A stretch of 64,000 nucleotides of DNA, from contig JAEEMK010000075.1 of assembly GCA_016283175.1 (NCBI GenBank), positions 4,724-68,723 on the forward strand. Direction: 5' to 3'. The notes beneath the pieces were generated by a model, which was given only the letters and a program-made list of their open reading frames with translations, was not told the origin of the DNA and searched no databases. This stretch comes from Bacteroidales bacterium. GTDB lineage: Bacteria > Bacteroidota > Bacteroidia > Bacteroidales > P3. How positions within the stretch are numbered: the stretch's first letter is position 1; each line of letters opens with the position of its first letter. The position numbers and the translations under genes are program-made. Positions 9,723 to 17,610 of the stretch are shown in pieces.

Positions 9723-10502
9723 ATGTCAAATTTAGATATAGTAAAACCTGAGAACTTGGTTTATCAGAAGTCGAAAGTTCTGACGGAAAATGTAATGCAC
9801 TATTGCCCGGGCTGTGGTCACGGCACTGCACACCGTCTCGTTGCCGAGGTTATCGAGGAACTTGGCATCCAGGACAAGACCGTCGGTGTTTCCCCCGTCG
9901 GATGCTCCGTTTTGGCTTATAACTACCTCGACGTTGACTTTCAGGAAGCCGCTCACGGCCGCGCTCCGGCTGTAGCTACCGCTATCAAACGCCTCAATCC
10001 TGATTGCTACGTCTTTACATATCAGGGCGACGGTGACCTCGCTGCTATCGGTACCGCTGAGACCATCCACGCTTGCAACCGTGGCGAGAATATCACTATG
10101 ATATTCATCAACAATGCTATCTACGGTATGACCGGTGGCCAGATGGCTCCCACCACACTGCTTGGTATGAAGACCGCCACCACCCCTTATGGCCGTGATC
10201 AGAAGCTCAACGGATGGCCGTTCCAGGTCACCGAACTGCTGGCTCAGCTGCCGGGTACCTATTATGTGACTCGCCAGAGCGTCCACACTCCTGCCAACGT
10301 TCGCAAGACCAAGGCTGCCCTCAAGAAGGCTTTCGAGAACCAGAAACTTGAGAAGGGCGTTAGCTTTGTCGAAATCGTGTCGAGCTGCAACTCGGGCTGG
10401 AAGATGACCCCCGTGCAGGCCAACAAGTGGATGGAAGAGAATATGTTCCCGCAGTATCCGCTTGGCGACATCAAGGTTGATGGCGAATTAGTTAAGAAAT
10501 AA
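9723..10502 (+). CDS. 2-oxoacid:ferredoxin oxidoreductase, beta (TPP-binding) subunit
   Basis: 259 aa. CPGCGHG near the N-terminus and a GDGD...NN TPP-binding motif (YQGDGDLAAIG...INNAIYGMTGGQ). Confidence 0.9.
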   Translation: MSNLDIVKPENLVYQKSKVLTENVMHYCPGCGHGTAHRLVAEVIEELGIQDKTVGVSPVGCSVLAYNYLDVDFQEAAHGRAPAVATAIKRLNPDCYVFTYQGDGDLAAIGTAETIHACNRGENITMIFINNAIYGMTGGQMAPTTLLGMKTATTPYGRDQKLNGWPFQVTELLAQLPGTYYVTRQSVHTPANVRKTKAALKKAFENQKLEKGVSFVEIVSSCNSGWKMTPVQANKWMEENMFPQYPLGDIKVDGELVKK

Positions 10503-10539
10503 ATTTATTTTGAGGGAAAAGTGTTAAAAGGTCACAGTA

Positions 10540-10581
10540 CCTTTAAACTCTTAAACCTTTAAACTTTTAAACCCTTAAAAC
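10540..10581. repeat. Second intercistronic CTTTAAAC-type tandem array (about 5 units)
   Basis: The array reads cctttaaac tcttaaac ctttaaac ttttaaac ccttaaaac and ends immediately before ATG 10583. Upstream gttaaaaggt is complementary to acctttaaac. Confidence 0.8.
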
Positions 10582-10582
10582 A

Positions 10583-11134
10583 ATGACAGAAGAAATAATC
10601 ATCGCCGGTTTTGGTGGTCAGGGTGTCCTCTCGATGGGTAAAATCCTTGCCTACTCTGGCGTTATGGAAGATAAGGAAGTTCTCTGGATGCCTTCCTACG
10701 GCCCGGAGCAGCGCGGTGGTACGGCCAACGTCACCGTCATCGTCAGCGACGAGCGCATTAGCTCGCCCATTATCAGCAAGTTCGATACCGCTATTGTCCT
10801 CAACCAGCAGTCTCTCGACAAATTCGAGAAGAGCGTGAAACCTGGCGGTATGCTGATCTATGACCCCAACGGTATCACTCACGAGCCTACACGTCGCGAT
10901 ATCAACATCTACAAGATCCCCGCAACGGAGAAGGCTACTGAGAAGGGTATCGCCAAGGTGTTCAATATGATTGTCCTCGGTGGTTTCCTGAAACTGAAAC
11001 CTATCGTTGGAAGCGAGTTCATCCACAAGGGTCTTGAGAAATCTCTGCCCGCTCGTCACCACGCCCTCATTCCTCAGAATGAAGAGGCTATCGAGCTTGG
11101 CAAGACTCTTATTGAGCCTGTTTTCACTCTCTAA
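10583..11134 (+). CDS. 2-oxoacid:ferredoxin oxidoreductase, gamma subunit
   Basis: 183 aa. IIIAGFGGQGVLSMGKILA...YGPEQRGG is typical of POR/KOR gamma subunits. Confidence 0.9.
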   Translation: MTEEIIIAGFGGQGVLSMGKILAYSGVMEDKEVLWMPSYGPEQRGGTANVTVIVSDERISSPIISKFDTAIVLNQQSLDKFEKSVKPGGMLIYDPNGITHEPTRRDINIYKIPATEKATEKGIAKVFNMIVLGGFLKLKPIVGSEFIHKGLEKSLPARHHALIPQNEEAIELGKTLIEPVFTL

Positions 11135-11181
11135 AAGGATTCGTCGGACTGCGCCGATAGGCGTGTCCTCTGAATAGCACA

Positions 11182-11212
11182 AGGCCGCCCGCGCAGCGGG
11201 CGGCCTTATTTT
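11182..11212 (+). terminator. Rho-independent terminator of the oxidoreductase operon
   Basis: AGGCCGCCCGC gcag GCGGGCGGCCT followed by TATTTT. Confidence 0.75.
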
Positions 11213-11221
11213 GGTTTATTT

Positions 11222-11695
11222 ATGAAACAAACAACATTATGCTATCTTGAACGTGGTGACCAGTATCTAATGCTGCATCGCGTTAAAAAAGCCAATGATG
11301 CCAGCCACGACAAATGGATCGGAGTAGGAGGGAAGTGCGAGGCCGATGAGAGCCCCGACGAATGTATGCTGCGTGAGGTAAAAGAAGAAACCGGCTTTAC
11401 TGTCATTTCGTGGCGGTATTGTGGTATTGTCACCTTTATATCTGACATTTGGCCTTGCGAGTATATGCACCTCTTCACTGCTGACCGTTGGGAAGGCAAG
11501 GAAATTGACTGCAATGAGGGTGATTTGCGGTGGGTTGATAAAGAACGCCTTTTTGATTTGACGCTGTGGCCTGGCGACCGCATTTTCTTGCGTCTTATAA
11601 TGGATTTGCAACAGCCTTTCTTCTCTCTCAAGCTTGTATACAAGGGCGACGATTTGGTCGCTGCCAAACTTGATGGGAAACCGCTTAAGCTATAA
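11222..11695 (+). CDS. NUDIX hydrolase (MutT/8-oxo-dGTPase-like)
   Basis: 157 aa. The Nudix box is GVGGKCEADESPDECMLREVKEETG (Gx5Ex7REUxEExGU). Confidence 0.85.
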   Translation: MKQTTLCYLERGDQYLMLHRVKKANDASHDKWIGVGGKCEADESPDECMLREVKEETGFTVISWRYCGIVTFISDIWPCEYMHLFTADRWEGKEIDCNEGDLRWVDKERLFDLTLWPGDRIFLRLIMDLQQPFFSLKLVYKGDDLVAAKLDGKPLKL

Positions 11696-11771
11696 AGATA
11701 TGTATTGCCTGTGTTGCAAGGTGATACCTGTCATATGTTTTTGTTCTTTCAGAAAAGGCGAAATAAAAATA

Positions 11772-11799
11772 CCGCAAATGTATTATTTGCGGCATTTTT
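11772..11799. terminator. Bidirectional terminator (NUDIX gene on +, 44-codon ORF on -)
   Basis: CCGCAAAT gtatt ATTTGCGG, flanked by AAAAAT on the left and CATTTTTATTT on the right. Confidence 0.65.
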
Positions 11800-11820
11800 A
11801 TTTCAAACAAAGGGTATCGC

Positions 11821-11955
11821 TTATTCAGCGTTGATGATGGCTTTGTGGACTGCGTTCCAGCCAGCAGCATTCAGACCCCAGTTGTTCGTGGAGTTCTTGT
11901 TGCCCTGAACTCTCACTTTTCTTCTCTTGACTTTTTTGTTTGCATTAATACCCAT
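11821..11955 (-). CDS. Small basic protein, 44 aa (not in ORF track)
   Basis: ATG at 11953..11955 and TAA at 11821..11823. Translation: MGINANKKVKRRKVRVQGNKNSTNNWGLNAAGWNAVHKAIINAE. It has its own TATCTTTG box (12032..12039) and a hairpin terminator directly downstream. Confidence 0.5.
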   Translation of the reverse strand: MGINANKKVKRRKVRVQGNKNSTNNWGLNAAGWNAVHKAIINAE

Positions 11956-12031
11956 AATACACTATAATTTTATTGTTCAACTTCTTGATTATTAGTTGGA
12001 AAAAGAGAATTCTTCTTCCGAAAAGGTTTTG

Positions 12032-12039
12032 CAAAGATA
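12032..12039 (-). promoter_or_regulatory. -7 promoter box (TATCTTTG) upstream of the 44-codon ORF
   Basis: The reverse complement of CAAAGATA matches TAnnTTTG. It lies about 75 nt upstream of ATG 11955 and downstream of the DUF4301 stop. Confidence 0.45.
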
Positions 12040-12087
12040 CATCAATTATTTGGAACACACAAATTATTTTCCCTTTTTAACGAATAT

Positions 12088-13635
12088 TTATCCTTCAAGG
12101 TGCTCTTTGCGTAGCAAGTCGTTAACCGTTTTAACAGGGTTGAATGTTGCCAGCGGCACTTCGACAAACAGTGTGATCCATTCGGCCATAGCACCATTCC
12201 AAAGTCCTGGAAGTTCTTGGGATTTCAGAGTCACTGCTCCTTTTGTTTTCTTGCTGATAAATCCTGTTGCAGGGTCGACATATTTGCGCAAATTGAATCG
12301 TCTGCCGCGATAGTCTTTAGTACCACATACAAGGTCGACAGGGTTGAAGTGAGTTGCCGAGTTCAATATCTTCTCTTGTTCGGTATCCTTTCGGTTGATT
12401 TGTGCTGTTTCGACTATCTGCAAACTCTTGATACCTTTGGTGTTTTCGGTAAAGAACGGGCCGCCGCCGGGTTCGCCTTGGTTTTTGACCATTCCGCATA
12501 CTCTTATGGGTCTGTTCAGCTTCTGACGCAGGATCGAGCATTTTTCACGGTCGCTTTTCTTTGAAAAATCGGCTGGCAGAGCGATATGGAGTTTGTCTTT
12601 GGCAAAACGTGCTATCTTTTGTAACTCTTTTTTGTCTGGTTTCTCTTTCAATAGTTTAAGATAGTCAAACGACTGTTCCTGTAGCTCGAACAAAAGTCCA
12701 GCCAGAACTTGTTTGTAGATGATTGTGGTGTGTTTCATCCAATCAGGCACCACATTGTCTATATTCTTTATAAATATAAGGTCGGCATTGCAGTCGTTTA
12801 AGTTTTCAATCAATGCACCGTGCCCGCCAGGACGGAATACCAGGCGACCGTCGTCATCGCGAATTGGATTGTTGTATTCGTCAACTGCGATAATATCTGT
12901 ATAATGTCTTTGCTCCGAGAATGTTATGTCGAGTTTTATGTTAAGGTTTGACTCGTAGTATTTTTTTACCTCTGCGATTTTTTTGCGGAAAAGAGGCTTG
13001 TGTTCAGGTGAAACAGTAAAATGAATATGCACTGTTCCGTCGTCGCAGCGTGCGTAGCTTGCGCCTTCTACTATATGCTCTTCAAGCGATGTGCGGCTCA
13101 ATCCTCCGTATCGGTGAAATTTTAGTAGGGCTTTAGGCAGCGAACCATAGCCAAGATACTGTTCTTTAAGAAGGTAGTTGATGACGGTGGTGAAGTCGCC
13201 GCGATCCATATAGTCACCGAAATCAAGCGAAGAGCGTTCCATACAGTCTTTCAAATCCTCAAAAAAGGCAAATGAGCGAATGTGTTGCAGGAATTCTTTG
13301 ACTGTCGGAAACTCTTTTTCAAAGTTTTTCGCCACCCCGAAGTAGGTTGAAGAAAAGGCATACAGATCTTTGAACATTCGTGTCGCTGCACCAGAGGCGG
13401 GTACGAACTTCAGTATTTTTTTACCTTTTGCGTGGCTCTTGTACGAAGCTGCATATCGGCGTATGTCATTGTCTGTCATACGTAATATACCGCCATTGTC
13501 GACAGTGGCAGCATCTATGAGTTTCGTCTTGGGGAATCCGTTGCGGAAATTGTCTATCTGTTTTTGTACGTTTTCGGGCGTAAGGTTCATACTTGCAATT
13601 TGTTGCAAGTCTTGTTCCGTGAAAATGCTGCTCAT
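12088..13635 (-). CDS. DUF4301-family protein (conserved Bacteroidota protein of unknown function)
   Basis: 515 aa. The N-terminus FTEQDLQQIASMNLTPENVQKQIDNFRNGFPKTKL and the overall length match my recollection of DUF4301. No catalytic assignment is possible. Confidence 0.55.
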   Translation of the reverse strand: MSSIFTEQDLQQIASMNLTPENVQKQIDNFRNGFPKTKLIDAATVDNGGILRMTDNDIRRYAASYKSHAKGKKILKFVPASGAATRMFKDLYAFSSTYFGVAKNFEKEFPTVKEFLQHIRSFAFFEDLKDCMERSSLDFGDYMDRGDFTTVINYLLKEQYLGYGSLPKALLKFHRYGGLSRTSLEEHIVEGASYARCDDGTVHIHFTVSPEHKPLFRKKIAEVKKYYESNLNIKLDITFSEQRHYTDIIAVDEYNNPIRDDDGRLVFRPGGHGALIENLNDCNADLIFIKNIDNVVPDWMKHTTIIYKQVLAGLLFELQEQSFDYLKLLKEKPDKKELQKIARFAKDKLHIALPADFSKKSDREKCSILRQKLNRPIRVCGMVKNQGEPGGGPFFTENTKGIKSLQIVETAQINRKDTEQEKILNSATHFNPVDLVCGTKDYRGRRFNLRKYVDPATGFISKKTKGAVTLKSQELPGLWNGAMAEWITLFVEVPLATFNPVKTVNDLLRKEHLEG

Positions 13636-13649
13636 ATCAGAACAGGGTT

Positions 13650-14060
13650 TTAGTTGTTTCTGTATTCGCGATGAATTTCGCTTTCAAGGTTTACAGTTGA
13701 ATAGACGGTATCGCCTTCTTTTAGTCGAATGGTGTTGTTGCCTTTGCGATAGCAAAAGAAGTTTTGACGAGTGTAAACGCTGTCGTAGCCGGTTTCATAT
13801 ATCGCAGCAACATTGAAGATGGCCGGGGCAGAAAACACCGTGTCGAAACGTCCTGCTTCGTTTGTCAAGCCTTGTGCATTGACATAGCTGTCTTCGATGT
13901 CAATTTTGACAAAAACGCCAGGAATTGGGGCGTGAGTCACTTCGTCAACAACAGTAATTTGGACATAGCAGTTTGTGTCTTTGTCGCAAGCTGAAATTGA
14001 AAAAATTGATAATCCGCCTATTAAAGCAAGGCATACAATGGCTAGGATTTTTTTCTTCAT
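13650..14060 (-). CDS. Hypothetical lipoprotein
   Basis: 136 aa. Signal peptide plus lipobox (LSIFSISAC). Beta-rich, carboxypeptidase-regulatory-like feel (VVDEVTHAPIPGVFVKI...TNEAGRF). Confidence 0.55.
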   Translation of the reverse strand: MKKKILAIVCLALIGGLSIFSISACDKDTNCYVQITVVDEVTHAPIPGVFVKIDIEDSYVNAQGLTNEAGRFDTVFSAPAIFNVAAIYETGYDSVYTRQNFFCYRKGNNTIRLKEGDTVYSTVNLESEIHREYRNN

Positions 14061-14136
14061 AAATTTTGTTTTATTTTGGCTCTATTACAATTTTTTTGAC
14101 TATTTTTGCACTGCAAAATTAATAATTTTAAATGGT

Positions 14137-14826
14137 ATGAAAATAAAAAAAATGACTTTTTTGCTGCTTTTTTTTGTGGCATTAACCTCTTGTCAGGCGC
14201 AAAAAGTTGAAAATCAAACTACTGATATGCAAAAAAAATACTATGTTTTAATTGAAACTTCATACGGAAATATGACAGTTGAGCTCTTTAACGAGACTCC
14301 AAAACACCGTGATAATTTTATAAAGTTGGTAAATGAAGGTTTTTACAACGACCTGCTTTTCCATCGTGTTATCAATAATTTTATGATTCAAGGCGGAGAC
14401 CCGAATTCTCGCAATGCCAAACCGGGTCAGCCCCTTGGCAACGGCAATCTGGGCTATACCATTCCTGCCGAGTTTGTACCAGGTTTGATACATCGAAAGG
14501 GTGCTCTTGCTGCGGCGCGCCAAGGTGATATGGTTAACCCCACCAAGGCTTCGTCACCGTGTCAGTTTTACATAGTGCAAGGGAATGTCTGGCCGGCTGA
14601 ACGTCTTCAGATGATGGCACAGCAGATGGGCAAGCCCCTTGACAAACAGCAAATTGATATATATACTACTGTTGGAGGAACGCCCCATTTAGATTACGAC
14701 TATACCGTTTTCGGACAAGTGATTGACGGTTTGGATGTCATTGATAAGATTGCTGCTGTAAAATGTGGCCCCAACGATCGTCCTATAGAGGATGTGAAAA
14801 TGAAAATCAAGATAATAGAACGCTAA
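14137..14826 (+). CDS. Peptidylprolyl isomerase, cyclophilin type (secreted/lipoprotein)
   Basis: Trimmed to MKIKKMTFLLLFFVALTSCQAQ. FHRVINNFMIQGGDP and GALAAARQGD are cyclophilin motifs. The track's N-terminal extension overlaps the divergent gene. Confidence 0.9.
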   Translation: MKIKKMTFLLLFFVALTSCQAQKVENQTTDMQKKYYVLIETSYGNMTVELFNETPKHRDNFIKLVNEGFYNDLLFHRVINNFMIQGGDPNSRNAKPGQPLGNGNLGYTIPAEFVPGLIHRKGALAAARQGDMVNPTKASSPCQFYIVQGNVWPAERLQMMAQQMGKPLDKQQIDIYTTVGGTPHLDYDYTVFGQVIDGLDVIDKIAAVKCGPNDRPIEDVKMKIKIIER

Positions 14827-14862
14827 TTAATAGCATTATAATTGTTATAGCCAAGCAAGATT

Positions 14863-15915
14863 ATGAAGTTAAACAATATAGAGGATTTTATCCGCGAAAT
14901 ACAGATGGCCTCGCTTGAAAAAGCGATGGATCGTGCAGCTTTCGTTGAGCAGTTCCGTATAAAATATTTGGGTAAAAAAGGTCTTATCAGCGAGCTTTTT
15001 GAGGAATTCAAAACTGTTCCCAATGAACAGAAGAAAGAGATGGGTCAGGCTCTGAACCGTCTGAAAACCGCTGCACAAGCTAAAATAGAGGAATTCAAGT
15101 CCAGTGTAGAAAAACTGGAACAGCAATCGCAGACCAGCGACCTCACGTTGCCTACAGACTATTCTGCTGTCGGAAGCCGTCACGTGCTTTCGGTTGTTAT
15201 GAACGAAATCATCGATATCTTTTCGCGTATTGGCTTTACTGTCGCCGACGGCCCTGAAATAGAGGACGACTATCACGTATTCACCGCATTGAACTTTGCT
15301 TTGGACCACCCGGCGCGCGATATGCAGGATACTTTTTTTGTTGAGAAGGAACCGTCTGTCAACAAGCCTACTGATGTGCTGCTCCGCACCCACACATCTG
15401 GTGTGCAAGTTCGTGTTATGGAGCAGCAGAAACCGCCCATCCGCGTTATTATGCCTGGACGTGTGTTTCGCAACGAGGCAATCTCTGCTCGTGCCCATTG
15501 CATCTTCCATCAGGTCGAAGGACTCTATGTCGATAAGAAGGTTACTTTTGCCGACTTGAAGCAGACGTTGCTCTATTTTGCCAAGGAAATGTTTGGCGAA
15601 CAGACCCAGATACGCCTGCGCCCGTCGTATTTCCCGTTCACTGAGCCAAGTGCTGAAATGGACATATCGTGCAATATCTGTGGCGGTAAAGGCTGCAATA
15701 TCTGCAAAGGTACAGGTTGGCTTGAAATCCTAGGATGTGGTATGGTTGATCCCAATGTTTTGGAAACATCGGGCATTGATAGCAAGGAATATAGCGGTTT
15801 CGCCTTCGGTATGGGCGTTGAACGAATGGCTATGCTGAAGTATCAGATACGAGACTTGCGACTATATTTCGAGAACGACCTTCGTTTCCTACGTCAGTTC
15901 GACACCATTGTTTGA
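14863..15915 (+). CDS. pheS: Phenylalanine--tRNA ligase alpha subunit
   Basis: 350 aa. HPARDMQDTFF, FRNEAISARAH, GFAFGMGVERMAML. Confidence 0.95.
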   Translation: MKLNNIEDFIREIQMASLEKAMDRAAFVEQFRIKYLGKKGLISELFEEFKTVPNEQKKEMGQALNRLKTAAQAKIEEFKSSVEKLEQQSQTSDLTLPTDYSAVGSRHVLSVVMNEIIDIFSRIGFTVADGPEIEDDYHVFTALNFALDHPARDMQDTFFVEKEPSVNKPTDVLLRTHTSGVQVRVMEQQKPPIRVIMPGRVFRNEAISARAHCIFHQVEGLYVDKKVTFADLKQTLLYFAKEMFGEQTQIRLRPSYFPFTEPSAEMDISCNICGGKGCNICKGTGWLEILGCGMVDPNVLETSGIDSKEYSGFAFGMGVERMAMLKYQIRDLRLYFENDLRFLRQFDTIV

Positions 15916-15949
15916 TGTATCCTTTTCTGCTAATTAACGGCCTTGGAAT

Positions 15950-16306
15950 ATGGCGTTTATAGAAATAGAGAATATGGAATTCTATGCCTATCACGGATGC
16001 TTTAATGAAGAGCGTGCGATAGGCACTAATTTTCGTGTCAACCTTCGTATGCAAGTCGATACTTCTTTGGCGCAAGTTTCTGATAGCATAGAAGATACGG
16101 TAAATTATCTTTCAGTGTATCAGACGGTGAAAAAAGAGATGGCTATACCATCGCATTTGCTTGAGAATGTTGCCGACAGAATAGCTGCTCGAATTTTGGA
16201 AGTATATGGAACTGTAGAGTCTGTGTGTGTGAAGGTTACAAAACTGAATCCACCTCTCGGAGGCAAGATGGAAGGCGTGAGCATTACCATTGAAAAGGTG
16301 CGCTAA
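15950..16306 (+). CDS. folB: Dihydroneopterin aldolase
   Basis: 118 aa. FYAYHGCFNEERAIGTNF...DTVNYLSVY is typical of the FolB pattern. Confidence 0.85.
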   Translation: MAFIEIENMEFYAYHGCFNEERAIGTNFRVNLRMQVDTSLAQVSDSIEDTVNYLSVYQTVKKEMAIPSHLLENVADRIAARILEVYGTVESVCVKVTKLNPPLGGKMEGVSITIEKVR

Positions 16307-17070
16307 ACCAATCCGTTGTCGTGAAAACTGTAGTAGTCGGGGCGATTATTGCCGTCAATGCCGACTATTATATGTTCAATAAGTTTGATATCGAGTATTT
16401 TTCCAGCTTCTAATATTTTGCAAGTAAGAGTTTTATCCTCCTTGCTTGGTGTTAGATGGCCCGTTGGATGGTTGTGTGCCACGGCAACGAATACCGCGTT
16501 CTTTTCGAGTGCCGTGGCGAAGATGCGCCGTATGTCGACGGGTGTTCCCGTTATCCCGCCAATCGAAATGCGTTGTTTGAAAAGCACTTTCTGTCGGATA
16601 TTCATAAAGACGGCCCAGAACTCTTCTACAGGCAGGTCTATAAGCGATGGCCCAATATAGTTGAACAAAGCTTTGCTGTCGCTGATGTAGTATTCACGAC
16701 GATTTATATTTTCACTTAACATCCTGTAACCAAGCTCTAAAGCTGCTATTATCGACACTGCTTTGGCTTCGCCCATACCTTTGAAGTCTTTGGTCAGTTC
16801 TTTGATCCCTTGGCGCGAAAGCTGCGAAAGGTCGTTGCCGTTGCTGTTGAGTATCTCTTTTGCCAGATCCACAGCGCTTTGCCCTGTCGAGCCACTTCCT
16901 ATCAGTATGGCTATTAGTTCTGCGTTGCTAAGCTCTTTTTTCCCTTTTGCAATCAGTTTCTCGCGTGGGCGGTCCTCCAAGGCCCATTCTTTGAGGGTCA
17001 GTGATGGTTTTCTGTCTTTGGAATCAGATAGTTGCGTTGATTTTTTGCTATTATAGCTGCTTTTTTCCAT
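16303..17070 (-). CDS. radC: RadC-family JAB-domain protein
   Basis: HhH-like ELIAILIGSG. JAMM motif (VAHNHPTGHLTPSKED). Start trimmed to MEKSS because a TATTTTTG box (17088..17095) lies inside the longer track ORF. Its stop overlaps the folB stop by 4 nt (convergent genes). Confidence 0.85.
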   Translation of the reverse strand: MEKSSYNSKKSTQLSDSKDRKPSLTLKEWALEDRPREKLIAKGKKELSNAELIAILIGSGSTGQSAVDLAKEILNSNGNDLSQLSRQGIKELTKDFKGMGEAKAVSIIAALELGYRMLSENINRREYYISDSKALFNYIGPSLIDLPVEEFWAVFMNIRQKVLFKQRISIGGITGTPVDIRRIFATALEKNAVFVAVAHNHPTGHLTPSKEDKTLTCKILEAGKILDIKLIEHIIVGIDGNNRPDYYSFHDNGLV

Positions 17071-17183
17071 TTTGGAGAAATTTTCTGCAAAAATACACAT
17101 TTTTTTCAAAACAGATAAAATGGTGTGTTTTTTCTTTCAACATCCATAATATCAGCTTGATCAGTTGGTTTTTCGAGTACTGG

Positions 17184-17296
17184 CTTCCAAGGCCGTTGTA
17201 CAGTATATGTACAGTATTTGTACAGTATTTGTACGCTTCATAAGCGTACAAATACTGTACAAATACTGTACATATACTGTACAACGGCCTTGGAAG
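17184..17296. repeat. Palindromic TGTACAGTATW-array element, copy 2 (perfect 113-nt hairpin)
   Basis: The sequence is CTTCCAAGGCCGT TGTACAGTATA TGTACAGTATT TGTACAGTATT TGTACGCT tcata AGCGTACA AATACTGTACA AATACTGTACA TATACTGTACA ACGGCCTTGGAAG. Confidence 0.9.
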
Positions 17297-17555
17297 TTCT
17301 ATGTTGAATGTTTTTAAATTGCTGATAATTAGTATTTGTTTGTACTTTCGCAAATTTTATATTTTTTCGAATTTTTGATGGCTCTTTCCTCTTTTTTTCA
17401 AAGTGTCGTATTCGCGCTTTCTGTGAAGTGCTATTTTTGTACTCAATTAAAAATTTCTTGTGTTGGCATAGGTTGATTTTTAGTATTTTAATAATGGTAA
17501 TATTAAATATTAGAAGTTTTTTTGAAAAATATGTTGCAAAGTCAATAAAAATTCT

Positions 17556-17563
17556 TATTTTTG
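17556..17563 (+). promoter_or_regulatory. -7 promoter box (TATTTTTG) of secDF
   Basis: TAnnTTTG match 48 nt upstream of ATG 17611. Confidence 0.45.
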
Positions 17564-17610
17564 CATATTCAAAATGTAGATAAACTAAAAAAAACTTTAA
17601 CACGTAAGAT

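Noticed and set aside
13975-14136. N-terminal extensions of track ORFs (this one, plus 33741..33959, 36571..36627, 42373..42450, 7957..8013, 17071..17109, 57958..58041, 60819..60854 and others)
   Set aside because: Many of the extensions begin at non-ATG codons. Others cross promoter boxes or tRNA genes, or overlap the divergent neighbour. In each case an in-frame ATG gives a canonical N-terminus, either a signal peptide or a known conserved start.
17001-17353. Small ORFs sharing the peptide YSICTVFVQYLY, also seen at 62954..63280
   Set aside because: The shared peptide is just the translation of the TGTACAGTATW palindromic repeat on either strand. It is not a conserved protein.
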